Positions 58,451-64,000 of a stretch of DNA of 64,000 bases are shown one piece after another. The translations under genes were made by a program, and so were the position numbers. Below the pieces are notes generated by a model. That model worked only from the letters and a program-made list of their open reading frames with translations. It had not been told where the DNA came from and did not search any database. This DNA comes from an uncultured Solirubrobacterales bacterium (GTDB taxonomy: Bacteria; Actinomycetota; Thermoleophilia; Solirubrobacterales; 70-9), in assembly GCA_963807425.1 (NCBI GenBank), contig CAWEBZ010000002.1, forward strand, positions 27,614 to 91,613, written 5' to 3'. The stretch's first letter is position 1; every line of letters begins with the position of its first letter.

Positions 58451-58500
58451 GACGTGCCGTCTGTTATGTGCCCGTATGGGTGCATAACAGACGGCACGTC
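58451..58500 (-). repeat. 50-nt hairpin element, copy A (folB-folK intercistronic)
   Basis: Perfect 18-bp arms (58451-58468/58483-58500) and a 14-nt loop with an internal CCC/GGG stem. It fills the 61-nt gap between the folB stop and the folK ATG. Confidence 0.6.
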
Positions 58501-58503
58501 AGC

Positions 58504-58926
58504 TCAAGCGCCTTCGGCTTCTTCGTCTGGCTCGTCGGAGCGCTCGTGGACGACCTCGACCGCGACCTCCTGAATCGCCAGCGGCAAGGGCGGCTCTGGC
58601 TTCGCCGCTCGCACCCGTACCGAGTCGCAGCCGTAGCGCTCCATCAAACGTTCGCCGATCACCTGGGAGAGGCGCTCCAGGGTCCGGTAGCTGCGCTCGG
58701 TGGCGGCCAGGGCAACGATGTCGCAGACCGCCGCGTAGTCGACCGTGTCCTCGATTCGGTCGGTGAGGACCGCGTCGCAATCGGGCACATCGAAGGAAAT
58801 GTCGAACTCGAGCCGCTGGCCAACCTCCTGCTCGGAATCGCTTACCCCGTGGTGGGTATAGATCGAGAGCCCGCGCAGCTCGACCTCGACCCTCGACTCG
58901 GTTCCGTTCCCATTCGGCTCGTCCAT
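58504..58926 (-). CDS. folB: Dihydroneopterin aldolase
   Basis: From the ATG at 58926. Motifs LRGLSIYTHHGV..SEQEVGQRLEFDI; about 140 aa. Confidence 0.87.
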   Translation of the reverse strand: MDEPNGNGTESRVEVELRGLSIYTHHGVSDSEQEVGQRLEFDISFDVPDCDAVLTDRIEDTVDYAAVCDIVALAATERSYRTLERLSQVIGERLMERYGCDSVRVRAAKPEPPLPLAIQEVAVEVVHERSDEPDEEAEGA

Positions 58927-58954
58927 TACGGAAAACCTATGAGATCGTGAGCGG

Positions 58955-59662
58955 ATGCACGATTCGGTGGTGATCGAGGAGCGCTTTCGGGGACCGGCGG
59001 ACAGCGGCAACGGCGGCTATTCCTGCGGCGCCCTCGCCCGCTTCCTCGAGCCGCGCTCAGCGGAGGTGACGCTGCGCTTGCCACCTCCGCTGAACAAGCC
59101 GTTGGAGGTCATTACCGACGGCGCGATGGCGACCATGCGCGATGACGATGCCGTCGTCGCCGAGGGCCGCGCGATCGACGAGCTCGCGATCGAGGTACCG
59201 GACCCGGTTGGGGTCGAGGAAGCCGCGGCGGCCCGCGAAGAGTCCCCGATGCGGCATGAGCACCCGTTTCCCGGTTGCTTCGTCTGCGGCCCGGAGCGCC
59301 AATCCGGGGATGGCCTCGGGATCACCTGCGGTCCCGCCAGCAGGAACCTGGTGGCATCGCCGTGGTATGTCGACGACAGCGTCCTCGACGGTGATGGCCG
59401 GGTTCCCCCTGAGATCGTCTGGTCGGTGCTCGACTGCCCTGGCGGCATCTCCTCGATGCTACTTCCCGATGTGGGGATGTGCGTGCTGGGACGGCTCGCC
59501 GCCCGAATCTACGGAGAGATCGAGCCGGGGACGACCTGTGTCGCAACCGGGTGGCCGATCGGCCGCGAGGGGCGCAAGTTCCTCGCCGGCTCGGCGATCT
59601 TCTCTGAGGATGGCGAGCCCCTTGCCCACGCCCGCGCGACCTGGATCGAACTGAAGCGCTGA
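58955..59662 (+). CDS. Hotdog-fold (PaaI-like) thioesterase domain protein
   Basis: HPFPGCFVCGPE plus a C-terminal hotdog-like region; 235 aa. It lies on the opposite strand inside the fol gene string. Confidence 0.5.
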   Translation: MHDSVVIEERFRGPADSGNGGYSCGALARFLEPRSAEVTLRLPPPLNKPLEVITDGAMATMRDDDAVVAEGRAIDELAIEVPDPVGVEEAAAAREESPMRHEHPFPGCFVCGPERQSGDGLGITCGPASRNLVASPWYVDDSVLDGDGRVPPEIVWSVLDCPGGISSMLLPDVGMCVLGRLAARIYGEIEPGTTCVATGWPIGREGRKFLAGSAIFSEDGEPLAHARATWIELKR

Positions 59663-59669
59663 GCGCGAC

Positions 59670-60488
59670 TCAGGCCAGGATCGCGCTTGCGACCCGAAGC
59701 GCCTGCGCCGCCTCGGCGACGTCATGGACGCGCAGGACATCGGCGCCCTCGGCGGCAGCGAGGACCGACGAGGCAATGGTGCCGCCCGCCCGCTGATCGA
59801 CCTCGGACCCGTCGATCCTGCCGATGAAGCTCTTGCGCGAGGTGCCAACGACCAGCGGCCGGCCGAGGCCGCGCAGCTCACCGAGCCGGCGCAGCAGCTC
59901 GAGATTGTGCTCGAGCGTCTTGCCGAACCCGATCCCGGGGTCGAGCCAGATCCGCTCCTCCTCGATCCCCGCGGCGACCGCAACCTCCGTCCGCTCGGCG
60001 AGAAACGCCTTGACCTCGTCGACGACGTCGTCGTAGGCGGGGTCCTCCTGCATCGTCCGCGGATTACCTGGCATGTGCATCAGCACTACCCCGACCCCTC
60101 GCTCCGCGCAGAGAGCTCCCATCTCCGGATCGCCCTGTAGCGCGGTCACGTCATTGACTATCTCCGCCCCCGCCTCGATCGCCGCCTCGGCCACAGCCGC
60201 CTTCGAGGTGTCGATCGACACCGTCGCAGCAGCGGCCAGCCCCGCTACAACGGGCTCAACCCGCCGCAACTCCTCGGCCACATCCACCGCAGCAGCCCCC
60301 GGCCGCGTCGATTCCCCACCGACATCCAAAATCGAAGCCCCGTCCTTAGCAAGCTCCATCCCGTGGGCAATAGCCGCATCCGCATCGAGGTACAGCCCAC
60401 CATCCGAGAACGAGTCCGGTGTGACGTTGACGACTCCCATCAGCTTCGGGTTCATAAGCGAAGTATCGCTAGCTCCTGGAAGGGCCAT
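59670..60488 (-). CDS. folP: Dihydropteroate synthase
   Basis: MGVVNVTPDSFSDGG ... DVGGESTRPG ... SIDT motifs. The start could be ATG 60488 or 60455. Confidence 0.92.
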   Translation of the reverse strand: MALPGASDTSLMNPKLMGVVNVTPDSFSDGGLYLDADAAIAHGMELAKDGASILDVGGESTRPGAAAVDVAEELRRVEPVVAGLAAAATVSIDTSKAAVAEAAIEAGAEIVNDVTALQGDPEMGALCAERGVGVVLMHMPGNPRTMQEDPAYDDVVDEVKAFLAERTEVAVAAGIEEERIWLDPGIGFGKTLEHNLELLRRLGELRGLGRPLVVGTSRKSFIGRIDGSEVDQRAGGTIASSVLAAAEGADVLRVHDVAEAAQALRVASAILA

Positions 60489-60572
60489 GGGGTGGGCCCT
60501 CGAACGGGCGGATACTCATAGTGCTGCGCTAATTAGCGCAGCACTTGTCCGGGTGAGGGCCACTCCATGGCC
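60483..60572 (-). promoter_or_regulatory. Nested inverted repeats spanning the ftsH-folP intercistronic region
   Basis: Outer arms 60483-60501 / 60555-60572 form about 18 bp with one bulge, and the left arm contains the folP ATG (60486-60488). The inner perfect hairpin is GTGCTGCGCT-AATT-AGCGCAGCAC (60521-60544). Confidence 0.4.
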
Positions 60573-60581
60573 CCCAACCGG

Positions 60582-62531
<1,950 letters not shown>

Positions 62532-62566
62532 AGGGAAAAATCAGCGTACCAGGGCGGTTTTGCGCC

Positions 62567-63094
62567 CTAGGCGTCGAGAGCGGCCACGTAAGGGAGATTG
62601 CGGTAGTGCTGAGCGTGGTCGAGGCCATAGCCGATCGCGAAGCGGTTGGGGATCTCGAAGCCGACGTAGCGCGGGGAGAGATCGACGCGGAGGCGCTCCG
62701 GCTTGGTCAGGAGCGCACAGACCTCGAGCGAAGCCGGGTTACGAGCCTTGAGGTTGCGCATCAGGTACTGCAGGGTGAGGCCGGAGTCGATGATGTCCTC
62801 GACGATCAGCACGTGGCGGCCTTCGATCGGCGCATCGAGGTCCTTGAGGATCCGCACCACGCCCGAGGAATCGGTCTGCGAGCCGTAGCTGGAGACAGCC
62901 ATGAAGTCGATCTCGCAGGGCACGGTCACGCTCCGCATCAGGTCGGCGAGGAAGAGGACGGCGCCCTTGAGAACGCCGACCATGAAGAGGTCACGGCCCT
63001 CGTACTCGTCGCTGATCTGCCTGCCCAGCTCGGCGACGCGCCGCGTCAGCTCCTCGCCGGAAACGAGGGTCTCGCCGATCGCGGGATCGCTCAC
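62567..63094 (-). CDS. hpt: Hypoxanthine phosphoribosyltransferase
   Basis: The GTG at 63094 gives 175 aa. The PRPP motif is VLIVEDIIDSGLTL. Confidence 0.9.
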   Translation of the reverse strand: MSDPAIGETLVSGEELTRRVAELGRQISDEYEGRDLFMVGVLKGAVLFLADLMRSVTVPCEIDFMAVSSYGSQTDSSGVVRILKDLDAPIEGRHVLIVEDIIDSGLTLQYLMRNLKARNPASLEVCALLTKPERLRVDLSPRYVGFEIPNRFAIGYGLDHAQHYRNLPYVAALDA

Positions 63095-63131
63095 GGGCCG
63101 CAGTCTAGATATAGAGCGACCCTCGGTGCGA

Positions 63132-64000
63132 TCAGCGCTCGGCGTGCAGGACGCCGCGCTCTGCGATCGCCCGAACGCCGCCGCCGAGGTCGAGCATCGC
63201 CATGCCTGTGCGGCGCAGCGCCGCCACCTCGTCGGCATGGTTGGCAGCGCCGGGCACCGGGCGGCCGGCTGCGCGGTCGGCGAGCTGCTGGACGACGAGC
63301 CGGCGCAATGCCGAGGGCAGCTCCGCCAGCCGCTCGAGCGAGATCGTGCCGCGATCTCCATTGGAGCCGTCGATCTCGGCATCGACCAGAGCGTCGAGCA
63401 CCTCAGCCTCGTCGCGCAGCAAGGCGGCGGTGCGGAGCACGTTGCGGGCTGCGGCGGGATGGATCTCGGCCAGCGCCGCCGCCAACCCGTGCCGAACGCG
63501 GTTGCGGGCATAGGCGTCGCCGGCGTTGCTCGAGTCGTCGCGCCAGGCGAGCTCTCGCTCTTCGCAGTAAGTCGTCGTCTGCTCCCTGGTGAAGGCGAGC
63601 AGGGGCCGCACCAGGCTGCCGTCGCGCGGACGCATCCCCAGCAGCGCGCGACGGCTCGGTGAGGAAGCGAGGCGATAGAGGATCGTCTCGACCTGATCGT
63701 CGGCGGTGTGGCCAGTGGCGATCACGGCATCGGCGGGCAGCGCCAGATGCGCCGCGGCCGCGTAGCGGGCGTCGCGCGCCCAGGCCTGCAGGTTGCCGGG
63801 TCCCTCGGGTCGGTGCGGTCGCTCGATCTCGAGCCGCACACCGAGCCGCCCGCAGAGGGCTGCACAGTGCGTCTCGTCCTCGTCTGAATCGTCGCGCAGC
63901 CCATAGTTGACGTGGAGCACAGTCACCGCTTCGGCTCCAAGCAACCGCACCGCAAGGTCGACCAGGCAAACCGAGTCGCGGCCGCCGGAGAGCATGGCGA
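63132..64000 (-). CDS. tilS: tRNA(Ile)-lysidine synthase, 5' end outside the window
   Basis: The SGGRDS P-loop lies at the window edge, and the frame stays open upstream of the ATG at 63995, so the gene is truncated by the window. Confidence 0.85.
   Translation of the reverse strand, partial: AMLSGGRDSVCLVDLAVRLLGAEAVTVLHVNYGLRDDSDEDETHCAALCGRLGVRLEIERPHRPEGPGNLQAWARDARYAAAAHLALPADAVIATGHTADDQVETILYRLASSPSRRALLGMRPRDGSLVRPLLAFTREQTTTYCEERELAWRDDSSNAGDAYARNRVRHGLAAALAEIHPAAARNVLRTAALLRDEAEVLDALVDAEIDGSNGDRGTISLERLAELPSALRRLVVQQLADRAAGRPVPGAANHADEVAALRRTGMAMLDLGGGVRAIAERGVLHAER

Overview
This is a high-GC chromosomal core segment (GC judged by eye, not computed). It holds about 60 protein genes, mostly on the minus strand, plus one tRNA-Thr(UGU). 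I saw no rRNA, CRISPR array, transposase, integrase or phage genes. Gene order looks actinobacterial: gltB; lysA-hom-thrC-thrB; a fatty-acid beta-oxidation neighbourhood (four acyl-CoA dehydrogenases, thiolase, 3-hydroxybutyryl-CoA dehydrogenase, an LLM/F420-type oxidoreductase); an ECF sigma/anti-sigma pair; a plsC-gpsA fusion; a Bacillus-type sigH next to rlmB-cysS; ispF ... ispD-carD-disA; and clpC-lysS-greA-dus-coaX-folK-folB-folP-ftsH-hpt-tilS. I found no obvious novel protein system such as a defence island. The signals most worth a second look are these. (1) A structured-RNA-like element occurs twice (12122-12290 and 37064-37162), with two identical core blocks, a variable hairpin and a helix that covaries between copies. 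(2) A 50-nt hairpin element occurs twice in sense orientation just upstream of start codons (44063-44112 and 58451-58500). (3) An identical 21-nt palindromic operator-like site sits in two divergent beta-oxidation promoter regions. (4) Frame disruptions cluster in three adjacent genes, including the normally essential lysS and clpC (49.4-54.8 kb). (5) ispD has no canonical start codon after the carD stop. (6) There is a PlsC-GpsA fusion ORF, a Firmicute-type SigH and an alkyltransferase-like (ATL) protein. (7) Several unusually long perfect inverted repeats (22-25 bp arms) sit right after stop codons. All functional calls rest on motif recognition in the supplied translations; no database search was run.
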